From the NCBI GenBank assembly GCA_963664815.2, contig CAXXHB010000003.1, positions 1,536,001 through 1,600,000 on the forward strand: a stretch of 64,000 nucleotides of DNA, written 5' to 3'. Of this stretch, positions 21,259 to 30,511 are shown in pieces (within the stretch, counting starts at the first letter, position 1; every line of letters starts with the position of its first letter). Under the pieces are notes generated by a model. That model did not search any database and was not told where the DNA came from. It saw nothing but the letters and a program-made list of their open reading frames with translations. Source of the stretch: Spirochaetota bacterium (GTDB taxonomy: Bacteria > Spirochaetota > UBA4802 > UBA5550). Both the position numbers and the translations under genes were made by a program.

Positions 21259-24200
21259 ATGAAGATGAATAAAAAGCAGATGAAGTCAATGGACGGTAAC
21301 CAGGCAGCAGCCCATGTGGCTTATGCTTTTACTGAAGTAGCAGCAATTTATCCCATTACTCCATCATCACCTATGGCGGAACATGTTGATGAATGGACGG
21401 CACATGGGAAGAGAAATATTTTCGGGAACATGGTCAAAGTGGCAGAGATGCAGTCTGAAGCGGGAGCTGCAGGTGCTTTGCATGGTTCACTTCAGGGGGG
21501 AGCTCTTACAACTACATTTACTGCTTCACAGGGATTGTTGCTCATGATTCCGAATATGTATAAAATTTCAGGAGAACTTCTTCCGGCGGTTTTTCATGTC
21601 ACCGCGAGAACACTGGCAGCGCATGCGCTTTCAATTTTTGGTGATCATTCAGATATTTATTCCGTCAGACAGACCGGATTTGCCATGCTTGCAAGCAGCA
21701 GCGTACAGGAGGTTATGGATCTTGCAGGTGTTGCACATCTTACAGCAATTAAAAGCAGGGTGCCGTTTCTGCATTTCTTTGATGGTTTCAGAACATCACA
21801 TGAAATTCAGAAAATAGAGGTTATTGATTACGAGGATCTTGAAAAACTTCTGGATTATGAAGCACTTGAGAGATTCAGGGCCAATGCGCTTAACCCTGAA
21901 AATTCGTGCACCAGAGGTACAAACCAGAATCCGGATATATTCTTTCAGGCGCGTGAAGCATCAAACAGGTTCTATGTCTCTCTTGATGATACTGTTGAAG
22001 AATACATGAAGGAAATTACAAAAATTACAGGCCGCGAATATCATCCTTTCACATACTATGGAGCGCCTGATGCTGAAAATATTATAATAGCAATGGGTTC
22101 TGTTACAGAAACAATTATTGAAGTAATAGATTATCTGCGGAAACAGGGTGAAAAGGTAGGACTGATAAATGTTCATCTTTACAGGCCATTTTCTGAAAAA
22201 TATTTGATGAAAGTTCTCCCTAAAACTGTAAAGAGAATAGCGGTTCTTGACAGAACAAAAGAGCCGGGAGCAAATGGGGAACCTTTATATCTGGATGTCA
22301 GGGATATATTTTATGGAAAACCGAATGCTCCTGTTATTGTGGGTGGAAGATATGGGTTGAGTTCAAAAGATACAACCCCGGAACAGATGTTTGCGGTTTA
22401 TAACAATCTGAAACTGCCTGAACCGAAGAATGGCTTTACCGTAGGGATTAATGATGATGTTACGTTTAAATCCCTTCCTCTTCCCGAAGCTGTGAGTGTC
22501 GTTGCCGATGGTACAATCGAGGCAAAATTTTATGGTATCGGGTCAGATGGAACTGTCGGAGCTAATAAAAATTCAATAAAAATTATTGGTGATACTACTG
22601 ATCTTTATTCTCAGGCATATTTCTCCTATGATTCAAAAAAATCAGGAGGTGCAACGGTATCGCATCTACGCTTCGGAAAATCCCCTATAAAATCGACATA
22701 CCTTATTTCACAGCCGGATTTTGTGGCCTGTCACGTTTCATCGTACATCTATAAATATGATATGCTCAAAGGGCTAAAAAAAGGTGGTACATTCCTTCTT
22801 AATATAGTGGGGGATGTTGAAGAGACAGTCGAAAAGCTTCCCGACAGAATGAAGTTATACATGGCCAAGAATAACATAAATTTTTATGTGATAAATGCTA
22901 CCAGAATTGCTGAGGAGATCGGACTCGGTTCCAGAACTAATACAATTATGCAGTCAGCTTTCTTCAAGCTTGCCAATGTTATTCCATATGAGAAGGCGAT
23001 GGCAGAAATGAAAGGTGCTGCCAAGAAGAGCTATGGTAACAAAGGTGATGATATCGTAAATATGAATTACGCAGCAGTTGATAAAGGCGCGGATGGTCTT
23101 GTGAAAATCAATATTCCTGAAAGCTGGAAGAATATTGACGGGAAATCTGACGGGAAGAGAACCGATATTACTGAATTTTTCGAGAAAATAGCATTGCCGA
23201 TCAATAACCTTGACGGTGATCTTCTGCCGGTAAGTGCATTTATAGGAAGAGAGGATGGTACTTTCCCTGCATCGACTACACAGTATGAAAAACGTGGAAT
23301 AGCAATAAATATTCCGGAATGGTTGCCTGAAAACTGTATACAATGTAATCAGTGTTCGTACGTATGCCCGCATGCTGCAATAAGGCCTTTCCTGCTAGAT
23401 GAAAAAGAAGCTGCAGGAGTAACACAGGGTACAAAACTTGTTGAAGCAAAAGGCAAAGGTCTTGAAGGTATGAAATTCAGAATACAGGTAAGTCCACTTG
23501 ACTGTACAGGCTGTGGAAACTGCTCACAGGTTTGTCCTGCAAAGGAGAAGGCCCTTGTGATGAAACACCTTGAAACTCAGCTGGGCGAAACAAAGAACTG
23601 GAATTATATCAGTGCGAATGTTACATACAAGAACACTCTGATGCCGGTAAATACGGTAAAAGGAAGTCAGTTCTCACAGCCTTTGTTTGAGTTTTCCGGG
23701 GCGTGCGCAGGTTGCGGTGAAACTCCCTATATAAAACTGATTACACAGCTTTACGGCGAGAGAATGATGATCTCAAATGCAACAGGTTGTTCTTCAATTT
23801 ACAGTGGTGCAGCACCGGCAACCCCATACTGCAGAAATTCAAAAGGTCATGGTCCTGCATGGGCTAACTCGCTTTTCGAGGATAATGCTGAATATGGATT
23901 TGGTATGAATCTTGGTGTTGAACAGATGAGAAACAGGATTGCGGACCTTACGGATATTTATAATTCCGAAGGAAGCTCATCTGAACTGAAATCTCTTTTA
24001 AGCCAATGGAAGGCTGAGAGAAATAATGCAGAGAAAACAAAAGTGCTTGTAGAAAAAATTGTACCAATTCTTGAAAAGGATAATTCCAAATCTGCAAAAG
24101 AGATTTATAAACTGAAGCAATACATTGTTAAAAAATCACAGTGGATATTCGGAGGCGACGGATGGGCATATGATATAGGTTACGGCGGACTTGATCATGT

Positions 24201-24786
24201 TGTTGCATCAGGTGAGGATGTAAATATACTGGTAATGGATACTGAAGTTTATTCGAATACCGGGGGTCAGTCATCTAAAGCAACTCCTACTGCCGCTGTT
24301 GCAAAATTCGCAGCATCAGGTAAAAAGATAAGGAAAAAAGACCTTGGTATGATGCTTATGTCATACGGATATGCTTATGTTGCCCAGGTAAATATGGGGG
24401 CCAATCAGTCACAATACCTGAAAGCATTGATGGAGGCTGAAGCTTTTCCCGGTCCATCTGTCCTGATTGCATATTCGCCATGTATTAATCATGGTTTGAG
24501 ATCAGGAATGGGGAAATCACAATATGAAGCCAAGCTTGCTGCTGAGTGCGGCTACTGGAGCATGTGGAGATATAATCCGTTACTTGAAGCTGAGGGCAAG
24601 AATCCGTTTATACTTGATTCAAAAGAACCTGATTTCAGTAAATTTCAGTCTTTCCTTGCAGGTGAAGTGAGATATTCTTCTTTGAAAAAAGAATTCCCGG
24701 ATAAAGCGGATGAGCTTTTTGCTGAAGCTGAAAGGAATGCAAAATGGAGATTTAACAGGTATCTGAAACTTTCAGAGAGTAATTAA
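21259..24786 (+). CDS. nifJ: Pyruvate:ferredoxin (flavodoxin) oxidoreductase
   Basis: YPITPSS, EMQSEAGAAG, two CxxCxxCxxxCP ferredoxin motifs, GACAGCGE, GGDGWAYDIG, SPCI. Confidence 0.98.
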   Translation: MKMNKKQMKSMDGNQAAAHVAYAFTEVAAIYPITPSSPMAEHVDEWTAHGKRNIFGNMVKVAEMQSEAGAAGALHGSLQGGALTTTFTASQGLLLMIPNMYKISGELLPAVFHVTARTLAAHALSIFGDHSDIYSVRQTGFAMLASSSVQEVMDLAGVAHLTAIKSRVPFLHFFDGFRTSHEIQKIEVIDYEDLEKLLDYEALERFRANALNPENSCTRGTNQNPDIFFQAREASNRFYVSLDDTVEEYMKEITKITGREYHPFTYYGAPDAENIIIAMGSVTETIIEVIDYLRKQGEKVGLINVHLYRPFSEKYLMKVLPKTVKRIAVLDRTKEPGANGEPLYLDVRDIFYGKPNAPVIVGGRYGLSSKDTTPEQMFAVYNNLKLPEPKNGFTVGINDDVTFKSLPLPEAVSVVADGTIEAKFYGIGSDGTVGANKNSIKIIGDTTDLYSQAYFSYDSKKSGGATVSHLRFGKSPIKSTYLISQPDFVACHVSSYIYKYDMLKGLKKGGTFLLNIVGDVEETVEKLPDRMKLYMAKNNINFYVINATRIAEEIGLGSRTNTIMQSAFFKLANVIPYEKAMAEMKGAAKKSYGNKGDDIVNMNYAAVDKGADGLVKINIPESWKNIDGKSDGKRTDITEFFEKIALPINNLDGDLLPVSAFIGREDGTFPASTTQYEKRGIAINIPEWLPENCIQCNQCSYVCPHAAIRPFLLDEKEAAGVTQGTKLVEAKGKGLEGMKFRIQVSPLDCTGCGNCSQVCPAKEKALVMKHLETQLGETKNWNYISANVTYKNTLMPVNTVKGSQFSQPLFEFSGACAGCGETPYIKLITQLYGERMMISNATGCSSIYSGAAPATPYCRNSKGHGPAWANSLFEDNAEYGFGMNLGVEQMRNRIADLTDIYNSEGSSSELKSLLSQWKAERNNAEKTKVLVEKIVPILEKDNSKSAKEIYKLKQYIVKKSQWIFGGDGWAYDIGYGGLDHVVASGEDVNILVMDTEVYSNTGGQSSKATPTAAVAKFAASGKKIRKKDLGMMLMSYGYAYVAQVNMGANQSQYLKALMEAEAFPGPSVLIAYSPCINHGLRSGMGKSQYEAKLAAECGYWSMWRYNPLLEAEGKNPFILDSKEPDFSKFQSFLAGEVRYSSLKKEFPDKADELFAEAERNAKWRFNRYLKLSESN

Positions 24787-24790
24787 CAAT

Positions 24791-24825
24791 ATATAAAGGG
24801 CTATCGTTTTGATAGCCCTTTATAT
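24791..24825. terminator. Hairpin terminator between nifJ and the convergent 6S RNA
   Basis: Perfect 15-bp inverted repeat ATATAAAGGGCTATC/GATAGCCCTTTATAT. Confidence 0.8.
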
Positions 24826-24857
24826 CACGCATATAAATTTTTTTCATGTTATTAGAA

Positions 24858-25030
24858 TACCCGTAGATGCCGCGTAGTCAAAGTTTTTAGAACCTGGAAA
24901 CCAGGTGGGTTCCCGCATATGATATCAGGTCTTCTCCTCGAGAGAGTATGATCTTTAATCATAAATATTGAGATCCCAAAATTTTTGTAGGTTCAAAACA
25001 TTGTATGACTAATCACGGGCACCACAGGCA
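24858..25030 (-). ncRNA. ssrS: 6S RNA
   Basis: Minus strand folds as a rod: 5' UGCCUGUGGUGCCCGUG..UAGUCA..UUGAACCU pairs with AGGUUC..UGACUACGCGGCAUCUACGGGUA 3'; central bubble followed by UGGG/CCCA; about 175 nt. Confidence 0.8.
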
Positions 25031-25237
25031 TAATGGAAATAAAAAAGAGAGGTTATATTTAGGCAACAATTTTTTAATTATTGACAATAATTAAAAAATG
25101 AAAATGAAATATTTTAATTCACAATAAATTGTTAAAAAATTTCAGGTCTATATTTTCTTGAAATCCGGTTGTTTTAATTAATAATATTTGAATATTGTTT
25201 TATATATAATAATGATATAGTAAATAAGGAAGTTATA

Positions 25238-25954
25238 ATGTTAAAAAGTTATTTTATTGATTTTAATAAAAAAATTGTAAAAAAAGCATCGGTTGCAAAA
25301 TCAGCTTCTACGAAGGGAAGTGCAAAAAAAAACAGTTTAAATATTGATTTTAATGCTTTTACAGAAAAATTGGATGGTATAATACCCAGAAAATTACGCG
25401 TTGATTCATTAAAACCAGTAGATAGTTCAGGTTTCTCACCAGATGGAACAGATTTAATCGTTTATAGTGAATATTGCAGAGATATAAAAACTCTTTTAAA
25501 TGGTTATATTCCCTATGAACTGATTCATGGAGCTTTTTTTCTCGTGAATGATCTTAATAAGAGTTCATTGGCGGATGTATTCGGGCGTGTTGCAACATTA
25601 AAAAAAATAAATCATTTTACAGATGCTGCAGGAACATTTAATATCCCGTCATTTATTATAACCAATAATAATCCGGATTATACACTCTCTGAAATAAAAA
25701 ATGATGTTATAAACTACTGTATGTCAAAAAATATTTCTTCCGAATCTGAATTTGAGATAATTATGATACATAATACCGGATTATTGATAAAAGACTGGCA
25801 TAAGGGAGATCACAGGTTTATAGGTCTTGAGACGGGAGAAGATACTATGATGTGGTTTTTTATACTGATGAATGAATATCTTGATGTTGAAAGAGAAGAT
25901 GTTTTTGATGTACGAAATTATGTCAGGACAGAAAAATCATATAATGAGTTTTAA
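25238..25954 (+). CDS. Hypothetical protein with weak resemblance to DUF6602-type nuclease-fold proteins
   Basis: TDLIVY ... IPYELIHG pattern; no clear ExK motif. Confidence 0.5.
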   Translation: MLKSYFIDFNKKIVKKASVAKSASTKGSAKKNSLNIDFNAFTEKLDGIIPRKLRVDSLKPVDSSGFSPDGTDLIVYSEYCRDIKTLLNGYIPYELIHGAFFLVNDLNKSSLADVFGRVATLKKINHFTDAAGTFNIPSFIITNNNPDYTLSEIKNDVINYCMSKNISSESEFEIIMIHNTGLLIKDWHKGDHRFIGLETGEDTMMWFFILMNEYLDVEREDVFDVRNYVRTEKSYNEF

Positions 25955-26031
25955 TTTGTATGTTTTTTTAATTATTCTTGACATTCTTTATTAAATATAC
26001 TAATTTAAAAAAAAATGTTAAGGGGATAATA

Positions 26032-27165
26032 GTGTTACGTATAAAAAAGACTACTTATAAATTATTGTTACTGTTAATTGCAGGATTCATCTTATTACCT
26101 GAACCTGAATCCCTAAAAGCAGCAGCCACAGTGGCTAACAAAGATGTGATCCTGGTGCTTGATACATCGTTAAGCATGGTAGGATATCAGGGTAAAAACA
26201 TTCTTGATTCTGTTAAAGGGAGCGTTAATTCCTATATTGACAGTCTTCAGGATGGTGACAGGGTTACTTTTGTAACATTTGATGAACAGGTTAAAGTATA
26301 TCCGCAGGTTTTGATTGATGATCAGAATGATAGAGATATAGTTAAAAAATATATATCTATAACTGAAGCAAAAGGGCAGTGGACATATACGCTGGATATG
26401 CTCAAAACAGTTTTCGCTCTTGCGGATAAACTTACAAAAGAGTCGGCACAGAGCAATACTGAATTAAAGAGAAATGTTGTTATAGTTATCATGAGCGATG
26501 GACTTGATGATCCACCCCCGACAAAGGTTAAAGAAAAGTTTGATTTGAAAAAGGTTTCGGCTCAATATAGTGGTAACGACTGGTGGATATATCTTGTCAA
26601 TCTAGATGAACTTCAAAAATCTAAAGAAATAACGGCGGCTCAGAAGAATTTATTAAATGAATTGAATAAGGTAAGCAGTAATACAAGTATGCTTGATGGC
26701 AGTGATCCCAATAAGGCTATTAATGATGCTCTAAAAAAAGATATCGAACGTAGAGAAAAGGAACAATTTTATAAGCTGTTAGCTGTATCTTCGGCTGCAC
26801 TTATTCTGCTTTTAATTATTATTATAGTAATTGTTAAAATCAGGGCAATAAAAATTATCGGACATCTTGAATACTGGAACCATGAATTATTAAAACCTGA
26901 AGTTTTTACTATATCATTGACAAACCATGAGAAGAAAGAAATCGTTCTTGGAAGAACAAGTACGTGTACAATCAAACTCAGGGAATATGAATCGCGTATA
27001 CCTTTCACTTTGAAAGCAGTGAGAAAAAGCGGGAAAGTTCTGATTAAAATAAGTCATGAAGAAGGTCTCAATCTGGCCTTTAAAAACAAGGAAGCTGATG
27101 GATTTGTGCTTAATGGCGATATTTTTAGTGCTTCCAATATGAGTTTTAGGTATCTTGCTGAGTAA
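26032..27165 (+). CDS. vWA-domain membrane protein with C-terminal FHA-like domain; GTG 26032 after AGGGG preferred
   Basis: Signal-like N-terminus, MIDAS DTSLS, T and SDG; TM helix; LGRTSTC segment. Confidence 0.75.
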   Translation: MLRIKKTTYKLLLLLIAGFILLPEPESLKAAATVANKDVILVLDTSLSMVGYQGKNILDSVKGSVNSYIDSLQDGDRVTFVTFDEQVKVYPQVLIDDQNDRDIVKKYISITEAKGQWTYTLDMLKTVFALADKLTKESAQSNTELKRNVVIVIMSDGLDDPPPTKVKEKFDLKKVSAQYSGNDWWIYLVNLDELQKSKEITAAQKNLLNELNKVSSNTSMLDGSDPNKAINDALKKDIERREKEQFYKLLAVSSAALILLLIIIIVIVKIRAIKIIGHLEYWNHELLKPEVFTISLTNHEKKEIVLGRTSTCTIKLREYESRIPFTLKAVRKSGKVLIKISHEEGLNLAFKNKEADGFVLNGDIFSASNMSFRYLAE

Positions 27166-27258
27166 AATAAATGTTTTTTTTAAGATGATGCCGATAATAT
27201 GTGTATATTAATTTCTAATAAAGAATAAATTTTTATTCTTTATTAATAGAAATAAATC

Positions 27259-27286
27259 TTGACATAGGACATATTGTTGTTATCTT
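27259..27286 (+). promoter_or_regulatory. Sigma70 promoter of cfpA
   Basis: TTGACA-16 nt-TATCTT with TGn extended -10. Confidence 0.55.
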
Positions 27287-27402
27287 TATCTTTAATTATA
27301 AAAAGTAAAATAACTGATGAAGGTATTATAGGCAGTTTCTAACAGTTACAGGAAGTATGATAGTAAACCGTGTTTTGTTATATATTTAAGGAGGATTAAA
27401 TA

Positions 27403-29376
27403 ATGCCATTAAATCAATTTCCAAAGAGTCCAAATAAGGTACATCCAACTGTTCCAAGTGCTGTTGGTTCAAGAGAATCAATTGCTCAGGAGGGAAGGGA
27501 TAAGATAGAAGAAGGAAAGATTATACTTGATGAAACCTTCGATAAAGTGTTGAATCATATACAGACAAAACTTCCTGAAGAAGTATTGAGAGAACTTGAT
27601 GTAATGGGCGGTTTGAAGGAAAAACTGTATAATTATATTAACCAGACATATGTCAATATGTTTAACAGGTATACTGTTACAATGGAAGATGAATTCATGA
27701 AGAAAATACGTGAATTCGTTGATAAGGAGGAATCAAAAGGTCTTGCAAGATATACTCCAAAAGAAATTGTGGAAATTCTTGATAAAATTGGTGGAGCAGA
27801 CAAGTTTCATACCGGTGAAATAGAAAAATCTATAGTAAATATGTATGGCCACCTTCAGGGACATATTCAGAGAGGAGTCAATGATCTAGAAACAGAAACG
27901 AACTCCATTCTAAGACAAAAAACTGATGTTGGTGCCTTTGTTCGTGGTGAAAATGCGTATGCTATCCTCAAGTGCGTATTTAAGGACAATGAGTTACGTC
28001 CCAAATATGTTGATGATGTAAAACTTTCGATCAATATCCTTGAAAGTGAGTTAATAAGTCCTATGTATCATTATCAGGTAACTGTTGAGTCTATCATGAA
28101 GGATACTATTCAGAAACATATACAGGATCTAATAGAAAAACAGGTTCAGCAATTCAATGATGATCTTGTTGATAAAGGTAAAAATGAATTGTCATCAAGT
28201 GAAAAAATGTTTGAGAAAGTAAAACGAATTGATAATTTTACTGATGATGACAAAGAAGATGATAAATCAAAAAGGTATACTATTCTTGCCAAAAAATTTC
28301 TGGATAAAATAGAGGGTTTAAGGGCAGAAATTGATGTTGAAGAGATGGATCCTCTAAATATAAGAGAAAATATAAAATTTATTATTGATGAGGAAAATAT
28401 AAGAAACAGGGGATATAACACATGTGTTAATTCCATAACTTCGATTCTTGATACCAGTAAACTCGGTTATCAGGTATGTAACAACATGAAGAATGCCCGT
28501 GTATGTATAATCAGTGAATATGAAGAAACGGACAGAATGATGCTTCCAGATGAAAGATATACGATCAGAATGGCATATTATGATCAGAATCAGTTGAAAG
28601 AAGCAAAAAAAGAATATGACAAGCAGGTGGCTGCATTTACAACAGAAGTTGGTATGTTATGGGATGTAACACACGCACATTATGAATCAAAAAAGAGATT
28701 CAGATCTTTGGTTGATTTTGATGACTTAAGTGCCAGATTGATGAACAAAGAGTGGAAGAAACAGAAGAAAGCTTACGAAGATGATCCTGATGGCGTAATG
28801 TGGAATGAAGTTGGAGAAATGTATAATGAGAATTCTTTTGTTGAAAAAAATAACAGGACTTATGAAGACAGGTTTAAAAATCTGAAGAATAAACTTACTT
28901 ATTTAAAAGGTATACTTAAAAAAATGCACGGATTTCAGAATCCTGTTGAACGAGTTATTCTTGATGAAAGAATTTCATTCCTTGAAAAAAGGTTTAATGA
29001 ATTTGCCCATTTGGTAAATCCACATCATATACAGCCTGGACTTGTTCTTGATATAGATGTAACAACTGTTAAAAGAAAAAGATTTATCATGAAAAGTATG
29101 GCTAACTGTCTCAATGAATTTCTTTATAGTATTTCTAAAGGTTTTGCCGATGCCGCTTTTGCAACTTATTCAAGAAGGAGATCAACCGTCAGGGCGGATA
29201 TTGATCAGTCTTTTGGTGAAGATGAGATTGGTGAAGATCTTTTTGAAACTGCGTATAAGCAGGGTTCTGAGGCTGAATCGAGTGAAATTTTATTACCTGC
29301 TGAAGTTACAGGTTCTGTAAATTTAACTCCAAGCCAGGCTCCAAAAAAGAAAAGTTCAGGTTTAAAAGAGTTATAA
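27403..29376 (+). CDS. cfpA: Spirochaete cytoplasmic filament protein A
   Basis: PSAVGSR, NMYGHLQGHIQRG, NSILRQKTDVGAFVRGEN, IRNRGYN, HIQPGL; AAGGAGG RBS; motifs recalled from treponemal CfpA. Confidence 0.88.
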   Translation: MPLNQFPKSPNKVHPTVPSAVGSRESIAQEGRDKIEEGKIILDETFDKVLNHIQTKLPEEVLRELDVMGGLKEKLYNYINQTYVNMFNRYTVTMEDEFMKKIREFVDKEESKGLARYTPKEIVEILDKIGGADKFHTGEIEKSIVNMYGHLQGHIQRGVNDLETETNSILRQKTDVGAFVRGENAYAILKCVFKDNELRPKYVDDVKLSINILESELISPMYHYQVTVESIMKDTIQKHIQDLIEKQVQQFNDDLVDKGKNELSSSEKMFEKVKRIDNFTDDDKEDDKSKRYTILAKKFLDKIEGLRAEIDVEEMDPLNIRENIKFIIDEENIRNRGYNTCVNSITSILDTSKLGYQVCNNMKNARVCIISEYEETDRMMLPDERYTIRMAYYDQNQLKEAKKEYDKQVAAFTTEVGMLWDVTHAHYESKKRFRSLVDFDDLSARLMNKEWKKQKKAYEDDPDGVMWNEVGEMYNENSFVEKNNRTYEDRFKNLKNKLTYLKGILKKMHGFQNPVERVILDERISFLEKRFNEFAHLVNPHHIQPGLVLDIDVTTVKRKRFIMKSMANCLNEFLYSISKGFADAAFATYSRRRSTVRADIDQSFGEDEIGEDLFETAYKQGSEAESSEILLPAEVTGSVNLTPSQAPKKKSSGLKEL

Positions 29377-29394
29377 AATTGGAGTAAATTCTAA

Positions 29395-29430
29395 AATAAA
29401 AAAGGGATGATTAACATCCCTTTTTTTATT
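29395..29430 (+). terminator. Intrinsic terminator after cfpA
   Basis: AAAGGGATG-ATTAA-CATCCCTTTTTTT. Confidence 0.8.
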
Positions 29431-29533
29431 CAAAAAGGGATATTTTATTGCACCTGTAAAATTTAATACTTGAAATTTTTTATTTTATTACAGTATATTT
29501 TTAGTGTGCTCAATCATAACAGGAGAGTCAATT

Positions 29534-30490
29534 ATGGAAACTACATACTATTCATTGGCATCTAAATCTTCTTTCAATAAGGCGTTAAGGCATTTTTTTG
29601 CAGTAAATGATGCTGTTGGTGAAATTGAAACTAAAAAAAATCTGGCAGATTATATTAACGATTTACTGGATGAGGAAGAAATACATCCTGATCAGGTACT
29701 TCCGATTATTGGAGCTGTTGTAAGAGATAAATTTGAGTATAGTTATTATTCATATAGCGTTCCAAACACTGTAACTGAGTTTCAGAAAGTTCAGGATGAA
29801 GTTGCAAAATGGAATACATTAGATATTCTGGTTATTTATTTTGGTCCTGATGGAAAAAGATTTGTAATTAACCCAAAAAACATTGATAGCTGGGAAAGGT
29901 GCAGGGAAATACATAAAGACCAGCTTCTGGTAATATATGTTAAACTAGAGAAGGAAAAGAATCAAAAGCTTGAAGAAGAAGCAATAAAAACTTTCATTGA
30001 TCTGTTTACAGGTAAAGATGTTTTCGTTAATAAAAGTTTTATTGATCAGACTATAGTTAATCGACCTGCTGCTGCCTCTGCTCCAAAAGCTGTTGCAGCA
30101 ACCCCGGGAAGTAAACCTGCAGCTTCGGTTGTACAATCGGCTCCTCAAAAATCAAAAAAAGTGAATATAACTCCTAAATATGGGGTTCTCGTATCAAACG
30201 AGTTGTTTCACAATGGTAATGTTGAGGCATGGAAAAAAGTTTTGGAAAGTTTTAATGCAAAATATCCGGATTTAACAGTACATGTAATGTATGAAGGTGA
30301 GGTCATAAACGATATAAATTCCCTGTTCAAGTGGGGGAAGGTAAAACATGGAGATTCAATCTTTTTTCAGGTATCGGGTGAAAATATTATGGGTGTGTCA
30401 AAGCTACAAAAATATTTATATGAAGGTGCCAGCCAGCGTTATGAACAATTTCTTAAACTTGGTGTTGGTCGGGTTCTGAATATTTTTTAA
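29534..30490 (+). CDS. Conserved hypothetical protein with Ala/Pro linker and C-terminal HPr-like domain; ATG 29534 after AGGAG preferred
   Basis: VSNELFH (His codon 30209) and INSLFKW...GDSIFFQVSGEN resemble HPr NGLH and KSLFKL...[12 protein letters not shown]. Confidence 0.7.
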   Translation: METTYYSLASKSSFNKALRHFFAVNDAVGEIETKKNLADYINDLLDEEEIHPDQVLPIIGAVVRDKFEYSYYSYSVPNTVTEFQKVQDEVAKWNTLDILVIYFGPDGKRFVINPKNIDSWERCREIHKDQLLVIYVKLEKEKNQKLEEEAIKTFIDLFTGKDVFVNKSFIDQTIVNRPAAASAPKAVAATPGSKPAASVVQSAPQKSKKVNITPKYGVLVSNELFHNGNVEAWKKVLESFNAKYPDLTVHVMYEGEVINDINSLFKWGKVKHGDSIFFQVSGENIMGVSKLQKYLYEGASQRYEQFLKLGVGRVLNIF

Positions 30491-30511
30491 ATCAATTAAA
30501 AGGAGAAAAAA

